DNA from: an uncultured Clostridia bacterium
GTDB taxonomy: Bacteria; Bacillota; Clostridia; TANB77; CAG-508
Assembly (NCBI GenBank): GCA_934130355.1
Contig: CAKOXV010000005.1
Span: 18,690-82,689, forward strand
Length of the DNA stretch: 64,000 bases
Direction: 5' to 3'
The notes under the pieces are model-generated. The model saw only the letters and a program-made list of their open reading frames with translations. It had not been told where the DNA came from and ran no database searches. The position numbers and the translations under genes were made by a program. Positions within the stretch are counted from its first letter, which is position 1; every line of letters begins with the position of its first letter. Positions 39,888 through 49,172 of this stretch are shown here, piece by piece.

Positions 39888-40898
39888 ATGTCAATATTAG
39901 TTACAGGAGGTGCTGGCTACATTGGTAGCCACACCGTTGTAGAATTGATAAAAGAAGGAAGAGATGTTATCATAATTGATAATTTTTCTAATAGTAAACC
40001 GGAAGTATTAGATAAAATAAAAGAAATAACCAAAAAAGACTTTAAATTTTATGAATTAGATTATCTAAACAGAAATGAATTAGAAAAAGTATTTGAAGAA
40101 AATGACATTGAAGCAGTAATGAATTTTGCTGGATATAAAGCAGTTGGAGAATCTGTAAAAAAACCACTAGAATATTATGAGAATAATATTTCAGGTGCAA
40201 TAGTATTATTAGAAACAATGAAGAAATATAATGTAAAGAAATTTATATTTAGTTCATCAGCAACTGTATATGGCGAGCCAGAACGAATTCCAATAACAGA
40301 AGAATGCAAAACAGGTGGAACAACAAATCCTTATGGAACAACAAAATTGTTTATAGAACAAATTTTACAAGATTTATACAAATCTGATAACACATTTGAC
40401 ATAGCAATATTGAGATATTTTAATCCAGTTGGAGCAGATGAAAGTGGCTTAATAGGTGAAGAACCACAAGGAATACCTAATAATTTAATGCCTTATATTG
40501 TAAGAGTTGCATCAGGTCAATTAGAAGAATTGTCAGTATTCGGCAATGATTTTGACACACCTGATGGAACAGGTGTAAGAGATTATATACATGTAGTAGA
40601 TTTAGCAAAAGGACATATTAAAGCACTAGAAAAACTTGAAAAACAAAAGACAGGAATATATATATATAATTTGGGTACAGGAGTAGGATATAGTGTCTTA
40701 GATATGGTAAAGGCATTTGAAGAAACAACAGGAAGAAAAGTAAAATATAAAATAACAGCACGCCGTCCAGGAGATATAGCTACATGCTATTCAAACCCAG
40801 AAAAAGCAAAAAAAGAATTAGGCTGGGAAGCAACTAAAACATTAAAAGATATGTGTTTAGATTCTTGGAGATATATACAAAGCAAAACTAAAAATTAA
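39888..40898 (+). CDS. galE: UDP-glucose 4-epimerase.
   Basis: 'ILVTGGAGYIGSH' Rossmann motif, YxxxK catalytic motif, and homology along the full length. Confidence 0.9.
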   Translation: MSILVTGGAGYIGSHTVVELIKEGRDVIIIDNFSNSKPEVLDKIKEITKKDFKFYELDYLNRNELEKVFEENDIEAVMNFAGYKAVGESVKKPLEYYENNISGAIVLLETMKKYNVKKFIFSSSATVYGEPERIPITEECKTGGTTNPYGTTKLFIEQILQDLYKSDNTFDIAILRYFNPVGADESGLIGEEPQGIPNNLMPYIVRVASGQLEELSVFGNDFDTPDGTGVRDYIHVVDLAKGHIKALEKLEKQKTGIYIYNLGTGVGYSVLDMVKAFEETTGRKVKYKITARRPGDIATCYSNPEKAKKELGWEATKTLKDMCLDSWRYIQSKTKN

Positions 40899-40916
40899 TA
40901 AAAAAGGAAGAAAAAA

Positions 40917-41852
40917 ATGGATAAAATTTCAGTAGTTGTTTCATGCTATAATGAGGAAAAAGCATTACCATTATTTTATAAAGAAATGGAAAGAGTAAGA
41001 GAGCAAGATTTTGGAGAATCTGTCGAATTTGAGTATATATTCGTAAATGATGGGTCAAAAGATCAAACATTAGATGTAATAAAACTATTAAGGTCTCAAG
41101 ATTCAAAAGTAAAATATATATCTTTTTCAAGAAACTTTGGAAAAGAAGCTGCAATGTTAGCAGGTCTAGAAGCGGCAACAGGAGATTATATAACATTAAT
41201 GGATGCAGATTTACAAGATCCACCAGCATTATTAAAACAAATGTATAATGCTATTATTAATGAAGGCTATGATTCTGTTGGAACTAGAAGAGTTACAAGA
41301 AAAGGTGAACCACCAATAAGAAGCTTTTTTGCCAGAATGTTTTATAAAATAATAAATAAAATATCAGACATAGAAATGGTTGATGGTGCTAGAGATTATA
41401 GATTAATGAAAAGGCAAGTTGTAGATGCAATTATTTCATTAAAAGAATATAATAGATATTCAAAAGGACTATTTAGTTTTGTTGGATTTAATACTAAATG
41501 GATTGAATATGAAAATGTAGAAAGAGTTGCAGGAGAGACCAAATGGTCATTCTGGAAACTTTTCAAATATGCATTAGAAGGAATAACAGCATTTTCAACA
41601 ACACCATTAATATTATCATCTATATTAGGACTATTATTTTGTGGAATTGCATTTTTAGCAATAATATTTATAATAGTAAAGACTTTAGTATATGGTAATC
41701 CAACATCAGGTTGGCCATCACTTGTATGTATAATAGTGTTTGTTAGTGGTGTTCAATTATTCTCTATAGGTGTAATTGGACAATACTTATCAAAAACATA
41801 TTTAGAAGTAAAAAACAGACCAATATATATTATAAAAGAAAAAGAGTTTTAA
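40917..41852 (+). CDS. GtrB/ArnC/CsbB-like GT2: polyprenyl-phosphate sugar transferase with two C-terminal TM helices.
   Basis: 'ISVVVSCYNEEKAL', 'DADLQDPP', and a C-terminal membrane anchor. Confidence 0.8.
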   Translation: MDKISVVVSCYNEEKALPLFYKEMERVREQDFGESVEFEYIFVNDGSKDQTLDVIKLLRSQDSKVKYISFSRNFGKEAAMLAGLEAATGDYITLMDADLQDPPALLKQMYNAIINEGYDSVGTRRVTRKGEPPIRSFFARMFYKIINKISDIEMVDGARDYRLMKRQVVDAIISLKEYNRYSKGLFSFVGFNTKWIEYENVERVAGETKWSFWKLFKYALEGITAFSTTPLILSSILGLLFCGIAFLAIIFIIVKTLVYGNPTSGWPSLVCIIVFVSGVQLFSIGVIGQYLSKTYLEVKNRPIYIIKEKEF

Positions 41853-41905
41853 AAAGAAACTTTTTTGAGAAAGGGATAAAAATGAAAATAAGGAGAAAAG
41901 ATATA

Positions 41906-42262
41906 ATGAAAGTAGTATTTGTAATGATTTATCTAGTATTAACAGTATCAGGCTTAATTTTGATGAAAAAAGGTGGAAATGCAGGAAAAATAAAAATTGC
42001 AGCAGGAGAATTTAATTTAAGTATAAGCTTAGTAAGTTGTCTTGGATTTTTATGTTATATATGTAGTTTTTTACTATACACAAGAATAGTAATGATGTTT
42101 GAAAATTTAAGTTACATAACACCGATTTGCACAGGACTATCACAAATAATGATATTACTTGCATCATGGTTAGTACTAAAAGAAAAAATATCAGGTTTAA
42201 CAATTGGAGGAGTTGCATTAGTAATTGTTGGAATTGTAATAATGAACTTAAAAATACAATAA
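41906..42262 (+). CDS. Small four-TM DMT/SMR-like protein (ArnE/ArnF- or GtrA-like flippase subunit).
   Basis: 119 aa, four TM helices, immediately downstream of the GtrB/ArnC-like gene. RBS AAGGAG. Confidence 0.55.
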   Translation: MKVVFVMIYLVLTVSGLILMKKGGNAGKIKIAAGEFNLSISLVSCLGFLCYICSFLLYTRIVMMFENLSYITPICTGLSQIMILLASWLVLKEKISGLTIGGVALVIVGIVIMNLKIQ

Positions 42263-42310
42263 GGTTTATAGGTAAATCCAAACAAAAACCTAAATATCTA
42301 CAAGTAAGGA

Positions 42311-43306
42311 TTGAAGAAAATGTTTAAATTTGGTCAAGATATAGGAATAGACTTAGGAACAGCAACAGTAATAGCTTATGTAAAAGGTAAAGGTGTAGTT
42401 TTAAGAGAACCATCTGTTGTTGCAGTAGACAGTAACACAAAAGAAGTTTTAGCAGTTGGACAAGAAGCCAGAAGAATGCTTGGAAGAACACCAGGAAACA
42501 TAGTAGCAACAAGACCTCTAAGAGAAGGTGTAATTTCAGATTATACAGTAACAGAAAAAATGTTAAAATATTTTATCAATAAAATAAATGGAAAAACAAT
42601 ATTTGCACCAAGAACAATGATATGTATACCATCAAGAGTAACAGAAGTTGAGAAAAAAGCAGTAATAGATGCAGCAACACAAGCAGGAGCAAGAAAAGTA
42701 TTTCTTATAGAAGAACCAATTGCAGCAGCAATAGGAGCAGGAATAGATATAGCAAAACCATGTGGAAATATGGTAGTAGATATTGGGGGAGGAACAACAG
42801 ATATAGCTGTAATTTCTCTTGGAGGCTCAGTTGAAAGCACATCACTAAAAGTAGCTGGAGACAAATTTGATGAATATATTGTTAAATATATAAAGAAAAA
42901 ACACAATATTATGATAGGAGAAAGAACAGCAGAAGATTTAAAAATAAATATAGGCTGTGTATATCCAAAAATTCAAGATACAGAAATGGAAATTAGAGGA
43001 AGAGATTTAACAACAGGACTTCCAAAAACAATAACAGTATACTCAAGTGAAATGTTAGAAGCAATGATTGAACCAGCAATGATGATAGTAGATGCAGTAC
43101 ATTCAGTATTAGAAAAAACACCACCAGAACTTTCTGCAGACATCAGTGATAGGGGAATTTATATGACAGGTGGAGGTTGTCTAATAGATGGATTAGACAA
43201 ATTATTACAAGAAAAAACAGGAATAAATGTTATGATTGCAAATGATGCAGTATCTTGTGTTGCACTTGGCACAGGAAAAGCTTTAGATAATTTAGATGTA
43301 TTATAA
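42311..43306 (+). CDS. mreB: Rod-shape determining actin homologue (MreB/Mbl family).
   Basis: 'DIGIDLGTATV', 'VDIGGGTTDIAV', and the full-length actin-like ATPase fold. Confidence 0.9.
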   Translation: MKKMFKFGQDIGIDLGTATVIAYVKGKGVVLREPSVVAVDSNTKEVLAVGQEARRMLGRTPGNIVATRPLREGVISDYTVTEKMLKYFINKINGKTIFAPRTMICIPSRVTEVEKKAVIDAATQAGARKVFLIEEPIAAAIGAGIDIAKPCGNMVVDIGGGTTDIAVISLGGSVESTSLKVAGDKFDEYIVKYIKKKHNIMIGERTAEDLKINIGCVYPKIQDTEMEIRGRDLTTGLPKTITVYSSEMLEAMIEPAMMIVDAVHSVLEKTPPELSADISDRGIYMTGGGCLIDGLDKLLQEKTGINVMIANDAVSCVALGTGKALDNLDVL

Positions 43307-43397
43307 AATGAAAAGGGACCGGGGTTTGTTTAGCAAAACAGACCTGGTCTCTTTCTAATTTTATAGCAAAATTCTAAGATTTCCTACTAATTATGTG

Positions 43398-43517
43398 TTA
43401 GCAACAACCTCCTCTGTTACCACCGCAACAGCAGCAGATTAAAAGTATAAGAATGATTATCCAGCAGCAATCATCACCAAAACCGAAACCACATCCGCAT
43501 CCTCTATTTTCTGGCAT
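43398..43517 (-). CDS. Tiny Cys/Gly-rich single-TM peptide (39 aa), YjcZ-like; unannotated.
   Basis: Translation 'MPENRGCGCGFGFGDDCCWIIILILLICCCCGGNRGGCC'. Strong SD (AAAGGGGGG) 6 nt upstream. GC-rich codons in an AT-rich genome. Confidence 0.5.
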   Translation of the reverse strand: MPENRGCGCGFGFGDDCCWIIILILLICCCCGGNRGGCC

Positions 43518-43684
43518 AAAAAACCCCCCTTTCCATTAAAAACAATCTTAACTAAAGTCGAACTTTAGGATTTTCTTTTGATAATATATAATATGGGATA
43601 AATAAAAAAGTGTTACAAAAAATACTTGATAAAAAAAAAGAACAATGATAAAATACAGGTAAAACAAAAGAACACTTAGAGGGG

Positions 43685-45847
43685 TTGAAGAAAATGGGAA
43701 ATATAGTTTTATTAGATGATCTAACTGTAAATAAAATAGCAGCAGGTGAAGTTATAGAAAGACCAGCATCAGTTGTAAAAGAAATGGTAGAAAACTCAAT
43801 AGATGCAGGAGCAACAAATATAACAGTTGAAATAAAAAATGGAGGAATCTCTTACATAAGAGTAACAGATAATGGAAAAGGAATTCCAGAAGATGACTTA
43901 GAAATAGCATTTGAAAGACACGCGACGAGTAAAATTAGATGTGCAGATGATTTAAGCACAGTAACTTCTATGGGGTTCAGAGGAGAAGCATTAGCAAGTA
44001 TTGCAGCAATTGCAAGAGTTGAATTAACCTCAAAAACAGCAGAACAACAAAACGGATTCAGAGTTGTTGTTGAAGGTGGAAATGTATTAGAAAAAACAGA
44101 AGCAGGTTCACCAAAAGGAACATCAATTGTTGTAACAAACTTATTTTATAATACACCAGTAAGATATAAATTCTTGAAAAAAGATTTCACAGAATCAGGA
44201 TATATAGAAGACGTAATTTCTAGAGTAGCATTAGTACATCCAGAAATTGCAATAAAATTAATAAACACAGGAAAAACAATTATTCAAACAAATGGAAATG
44301 GAGACTTAAAAACTGTAATATATAGTATATATGGAAAAGATGTAGCAGAAGCATTAATAGATACAGAATATACTTATGAAGATATGCACATTTATGGTGT
44401 AGTGGGAAAACCAGAAATTGCACGTTCAAACAGATCAAATCAAATATTTTTCGTAAATAAAAGATACATAAAAGATAAATCTTTAACATCAGCAGTAGAA
44501 AAAGCATTTAAAGGAATGTTACCTATAGGAAAATACAGTTTTCTTGTATTAAATATAGAAATGAATCCTGCAAAAGTAGATGTAAACGTTCATCCAGCAA
44601 AGCTAGAAGTAAGATTTGAAGATGAAAACACAGTATTTAAAGCAGTATATCACGCAATAAGAGATGCATTGTTAAAAGCTGAGCTAGTTGCAATACCAGA
44701 ACATGCAACAAGTGAAACACGTGCAGAAAGCAAACTATTTGGTGGAAATAATAGAGAAATACCAAACTTACAAAAAAGCCAAGATGTATTGAAAAAGCTT
44801 CAAGAAATGAAAGAAAAAATAATGAAAGAAGCAGGAATACACAAAGTTGAAGAACCAAAAATTGAATATAAATATGAAACAACACCAAATGTAGAAATTC
44901 CAGTAAGTGTAGGAGCACCAAAAGTAGAAACACCAAATGTTGAAATGCCAAATTCAAGCATTGAAACAACAAATATTGAACAGTCAAATGTTGAAATACC
45001 TCAAGAAACAAAAGAAATGCCAGTGGTAGAAGCAGCATTTACAGAAGAAAAAGTTGAAAAAGAAGAACCAAATCCAAATATAATAGAAGACATAGTAAAT
45101 AGCAAAATAGAAGAAACACCAGAAAACTTTGAAGAAATGTATTTAAAACTATTTGGAACAAAGCCAATTCAAGAAGAAACAGAAGAAAACAAAAAAGTAG
45201 TAGAAGATGCACAAGATATAGCAACATTAGGAAACACATCAATGTTTGATGGAATAGAAGAATTTAAGAAACCAAATTACAAATTCATTGGAATAGTATT
45301 TAATACATATATTATACTTGAAATTGAAAAAGAAATGTATATAATAGACCAACACGCAGCAGCCGAAAGAGTTTTATATGAAAAAATAAAAGCAAATTAT
45401 TATAGTGATAATGAAAGAAATTCACAACTAATGCTTTTACCAGACATAATAACATTAACACATAAAGAGATGGAAGTTGCAAAAGAAAATATGGATATGT
45501 TTAGAAAAGCAGGATTTGTATTAGAAGAATTTGGAGAAAACACAATAAAATTAACAGGTGTTCCAGAAATCTGCTTAAACTTAGAAACAAAAGAAATGTT
45601 CTTAGAAACTTTAGATGAAATAAATTCAGTATCAAGAACAGCAAAACAAGAAATAGAAGACAGATTTATAGCAACAATAGCATGTAAGGCAGCAGTTAAA
45701 GCAAATATGGTATTATCAAAAGAAGAAGTAGACAGTTTAATGGATCAACTTTTAGTATTACCAAACCCATTTACATGCCCACATGGAAGACCAACAGTAA
45801 TAAAAATGTCTAAATATGACCTTGAAAGAAAATTTGCAAGAACATAA
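43685..45847 (+). CDS. mutL: DNA mismatch repair protein MutL.
   Basis: GHKL ATPase N-terminus 'KIAAGEVIERPASVVKEMVENSIDAGA'. C-terminal dimerisation domain 'FTCPHGRP'. Confidence 0.9.
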   Translation: MKKMGNIVLLDDLTVNKIAAGEVIERPASVVKEMVENSIDAGATNITVEIKNGGISYIRVTDNGKGIPEDDLEIAFERHATSKIRCADDLSTVTSMGFRGEALASIAAIARVELTSKTAEQQNGFRVVVEGGNVLEKTEAGSPKGTSIVVTNLFYNTPVRYKFLKKDFTESGYIEDVISRVALVHPEIAIKLINTGKTIIQTNGNGDLKTVIYSIYGKDVAEALIDTEYTYEDMHIYGVVGKPEIARSNRSNQIFFVNKRYIKDKSLTSAVEKAFKGMLPIGKYSFLVLNIEMNPAKVDVNVHPAKLEVRFEDENTVFKAVYHAIRDALLKAELVAIPEHATSETRAESKLFGGNNREIPNLQKSQDVLKKLQEMKEKIMKEAGIHKVEEPKIEYKYETTPNVEIPVSVGAPKVETPNVEMPNSSIETTNIEQSNVEIPQETKEMPVVEAAFTEEKVEKEEPNPNIIEDIVNSKIEETPENFEEMYLKLFGTKPIQEETEENKKVVEDAQDIATLGNTSMFDGIEEFKKPNYKFIGIVFNTYIILEIEKEMYIIDQHAAAERVLYEKIKANYYSDNERNSQLMLLPDIITLTHKEMEVAKENMDMFRKAGFVLEEFGENTIKLTGVPEICLNLETKEMFLETLDEINSVSRTAKQEIEDRFIATIACKAAVKANMVLSKEEVDSLMDQLLVLPNPFTCPHGRPTVIKMSKYDLERKFART

Positions 45848-45866
45848 AATCAAAAAAGGAGCAAAA

Positions 45867-46769
45867 ATGGACAAGCCAAAAGTAATAGTAATTTGTGGAC
45901 CAACTGCATCAGGAAAAACATCATTATCAATAGAATTAGCTAAAAAGATAAATGGAGAAATTGTATCTTCAGATTCTATGCAAATTTATAAATATATGGA
46001 TATAGGAACAGCAAAGCCTACTAAAGAAGAAATGCAAGGAATAAAACATTATTTAGTAGACTTTGTTGAACCTGACCAAAGATATAGTGTAGCAGACTTC
46101 AAAAAAGATGCAGAAACAGCAATAGAAGAAATTTTAAAAAAAGGAAAAACTCCAATAATTGTTGGAGGAACAGGATTATATGTTGATAGTCTAATATATG
46201 GTATAGAATATCAAGAAATAAAATTTGATGCTCAATATAGGCAAGAATTAGAAGAAAGAGCAGAAAAAGAAGGACTTGAAAAATTATATGAAGAAGCAAC
46301 TCAAATAGATCCTCAAGCAATGGAAAAAATAAGCAAAAATGACAAAAAGAGAATTTTAAGAGTCCTAGAAATATATAAAGCAACAGGAAAAAACAAAACA
46401 CAACAAGAAATTGAATCTAGAAAAAATGAAGTAAAATATGATTATAAAGTATTTGCCATAAACTTAGAAAGAGCTCTTTTATATGATAGAATAAATAAAA
46501 GAGTTGATATTATGATGGAAAATGGTTTAGTAGAAGAAGTTGAACAACTACTAAAAAAATACAAAGAATTTCCAACAGCAATGCAAGGATTAGGATATAA
46601 AGAAGTGGTAGAATACTTACAAGGTGAGCTAACAAAAGAAGAAATGTGTGAAAAAATTAAAATGGAAACAAGAAGATATGCCAAAAGACAAATTACATGG
46701 TTTAAGAAAAATAAGCAAACTATTTGGATTGAACCTAAAGATATACAAACAATTTTAGCTCAAATTTAA
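45867..46769 (+). CDS. miaA: tRNA dimethylallyltransferase.
   Basis: 'VIVICGPTASGKTSLSIELAK' P-loop. 'DSMQIYKYMDIGTAKP'. Confidence 0.9.
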   Translation: MDKPKVIVICGPTASGKTSLSIELAKKINGEIVSSDSMQIYKYMDIGTAKPTKEEMQGIKHYLVDFVEPDQRYSVADFKKDAETAIEEILKKGKTPIIVGGTGLYVDSLIYGIEYQEIKFDAQYRQELEERAEKEGLEKLYEEATQIDPQAMEKISKNDKKRILRVLEIYKATGKNKTQQEIESRKNEVKYDYKVFAINLERALLYDRINKRVDIMMENGLVEEVEQLLKKYKEFPTAMQGLGYKEVVEYLQGELTKEEMCEKIKMETRRYAKRQITWFKKNKQTIWIEPKDIQTILAQI

Positions 46770-46796
46770 AAGTTTAATGAAGAAAGGAGAAAGGCC

Positions 46797-47999
46797 TTGG
46801 CAAAAAGTAAAAAAATTATAGCAATTATATCAATAATAATAGTATTAGGATGTATATTAAGTGCTGTATATTTATTAATAATACATCCAACAGATGTATA
46901 TGTAATAAAACAAGGTTCACTTTCAGAAGAAGACGAAACAGCAGGATATGTAATAAGAGATGAAATTGTTATAAAAGGTGAAAACTATGAAAATGGAATA
47001 TATGCAATTGCATCTGAAGGAAAAAGAGTAGCAGTTCAAGATTCTATATTTAGATATTATAGTGATAACGAAAAAGAAACAAGAGACAAGATAAATGAAT
47101 TAAACAGCCAAATACAAGAAATGTTAGCACAAGAGAAAAATACACCTTCAGCAGATATAAAAGTTATAGAAAATCAGATTGAGGAAAAAATAAAAAATAT
47201 AAATAGATTAACAAATTATCAAGAAATTACAGAAAACAAAAAAGACATAGACAATCTAATTAGCAAAAAAATTAATTATTTAGCTGATGCAACAAAAAAC
47301 AAAGAAACAAAACAATTAATAAAAGAAAGAAATCAATATGAAGAACAACTAAAAAAAGGCTCAGAAGAGCAGAAAACCAAAATTGCAGGAATCGTTTCAT
47401 ATAGAGTAGATGGGTTAGAAGAAAAACTTACACCAAATAATTTTGATGAAATAACAGAAAAATATTTAAACTCATTAGATTTAAAAACAGGAAATATAGT
47501 ATCAGCAAGTAATGAATGTGGAAAAGTAATAAACAATTTCAAATGTTATATAGCAATAACAATGAACTCTAAAAATGCGATGAAAGCACAAGTTGGGGAC
47601 ACTCCAACATTAAGAGACGCAAACAATGTAGAATATAAATCTAAAATTGTGCAAATAAACGAAGAAAGTGGAAAAAGAACAATAATATTTCAAATAAATG
47701 TTATGACAGAAAACTTAATAAACCATAGAAAAATTGCATTAGATGTAATTTGGTGGGATGAAAGTGGATTAAAAGTCCCAAAACAAGCACTAACAGAAGA
47801 AAATGGACTATATTATGTAACTATTAATAAAACAACTACTCAAACAAAAACACTAGTAAAAGTAAAAAGACAAACAGATAAATTTGCAATAATTGAAGCT
47901 TATGAAAACAAGGAATTACAAGAGTTAGGATATAGTGCTACAGAAATAAAAAATTATAAAAAAATCGCAAACTATGATGAAATAGTAATTGAACAATAA
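46797..47999 (+). CDS. HlyD-family / efflux adaptor-like membrane protein (TTG start).
   Basis: N-terminal TM. Long coiled coil flanked by beta-barrel-like segments. Confidence 0.55.
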   Translation: MAKSKKIIAIISIIIVLGCILSAVYLLIIHPTDVYVIKQGSLSEEDETAGYVIRDEIVIKGENYENGIYAIASEGKRVAVQDSIFRYYSDNEKETRDKINELNSQIQEMLAQEKNTPSADIKVIENQIEEKIKNINRLTNYQEITENKKDIDNLISKKINYLADATKNKETKQLIKERNQYEEQLKKGSEEQKTKIAGIVSYRVDGLEEKLTPNNFDEITEKYLNSLDLKTGNIVSASNECGKVINNFKCYIAITMNSKNAMKAQVGDTPTLRDANNVEYKSKIVQINEESGKRTIIFQINVMTENLINHRKIALDVIWWDESGLKVPKQALTEENGLYYVTINKTTTQTKTLVKVKRQTDKFAIIEAYENKELQELGYSATEIKNYKKIANYDEIVIEQ

Positions 48000-48135
48000 T
48001 GTTACAATATTGTTACAGGAATGTTAAATTTTTATTACAAATTGAAAAAGTATTGACAAAATAGAAAAAAAGTTAGATACTTAAGGCAAAGTTAAAAAAA
48101 TACGAAAGTGTAAAAATATTAGGAGGTTAAGAAAA

Positions 48136-48621
48136 ATGGCAGGAGCTATAATGGACAAAGTATGGGGACTATTCGGAGGGGTAGACCAAGATAACGATGA
48201 AGATGTTGATAATGATGAAGGATATGATTACGAAGAAAAAGGTAACTATGATGGAGAAGAAGAAGAAAGAAAATTCTTCGGAAGAAAAGGAAAAGTAGTG
48301 CCAATAAATGCACAAGGACAATCTGTAAAAATGGTAATATCTCAACCAACAACATTTGAACAATCAGAAGAAATTTGTTCTTTATTAAAAGAAAAAAAAT
48401 CTGTAATCGTTAATTTAGAGTATGTTAACAAAGATGTCGCTAGAAGAATAGTAGACTTTATTAGTGGAGGAGTTTATGCCTTAGATGGACATATCCAAAA
48501 AATATCAAATTCAATATTCTTAATAGCTCCAGTAAACTATGAAATAACAAATGAAATGGCAAGAGAAGAAATAAAAAGCAAACTATCTGTTTCTTGGTTA
48601 AAAAATAATAGTATAAACTAA
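48136..48621 (+). CDS. sepF: Cell division protein SepF.
   Basis: Acidic linker, then the conserved SepF core 'VISQPTTFEQSEEICSLLKEKKSVIVNLEYVN...IAPVNYEI'. Confidence 0.85.
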   Translation: MAGAIMDKVWGLFGGVDQDNDEDVDNDEGYDYEEKGNYDGEEEERKFFGRKGKVVPINAQGQSVKMVISQPTTFEQSEEICSLLKEKKSVIVNLEYVNKDVARRIVDFISGGVYALDGHIQKISNSIFLIAPVNYEITNEMAREEIKSKLSVSWLKNNSIN

Positions 48622-48645
48622 CAAAAAAGCAGGAGGCGAGCTAAT

Positions 48646-49134
48646 ATGATTACACCATTAGATATAGAAAATAAAAAATTTAGTAAACAAATGATGAATG
48701 GATATAATGTCGATGAAGTAGATGAGTTCTTAGATGAAATAATGGAAGATTATGAAGCAAATTATAAAGAACTTATAGCATTGCGTCCAAAAGTAGAAGA
48801 ATTGAATGGTTCATTGGAACATTATAAAAATATAGAAACAACATTACAAAATACATTAGTAATGGCTCAAACTACAGCAGAAGAAGTAAAAAATGTTGCA
48901 AAACAACAAGCAGAACAAATAGTAAGTGAAGCTCAAAGAAGAGCAGATGATATAGTAAGACAATCACAAGAAAGTTCAGTTAAAGCTGTAGCAGAACTTG
49001 AACAACAGATTAGAATGAAAGAACAACAATTTAATGATGTGAAAAAACAATTTGATATATATAAAGCAAAAATGGAATCATTGTTAATTTCACAATCTGA
49101 ACTAATTAAAGAAATAAACAAAGAGGATGAATAA
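48646..49134 (+). CDS. divIVA: DivIVA-domain cell-division protein.
   Basis: 'ITPLDIENKKFSKQMMNGYNVDEVDEFLDEI' DivIVA N-terminus plus coiled coil. Confidence 0.85.
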   Translation: MITPLDIENKKFSKQMMNGYNVDEVDEFLDEIMEDYEANYKELIALRPKVEELNGSLEHYKNIETTLQNTLVMAQTTAEEVKNVAKQQAEQIVSEAQRRADDIVRQSQESSVKAVAELEQQIRMKEQQFNDVKKQFDIYKAKMESLLISQSELIKEINKEDE

Positions 49135-49172
49135 TCCTCTTTTTCTTTTTAATACTCAAAGAGCCACACTTT

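Noticed and set aside
42127-42327. 66-aa ORF overlapping the small flippase gene and the mreB upstream region.
   Set aside because: It lies in an alternative frame over a confidently assigned membrane-protein gene. It has no RBS and a low-complexity composition.
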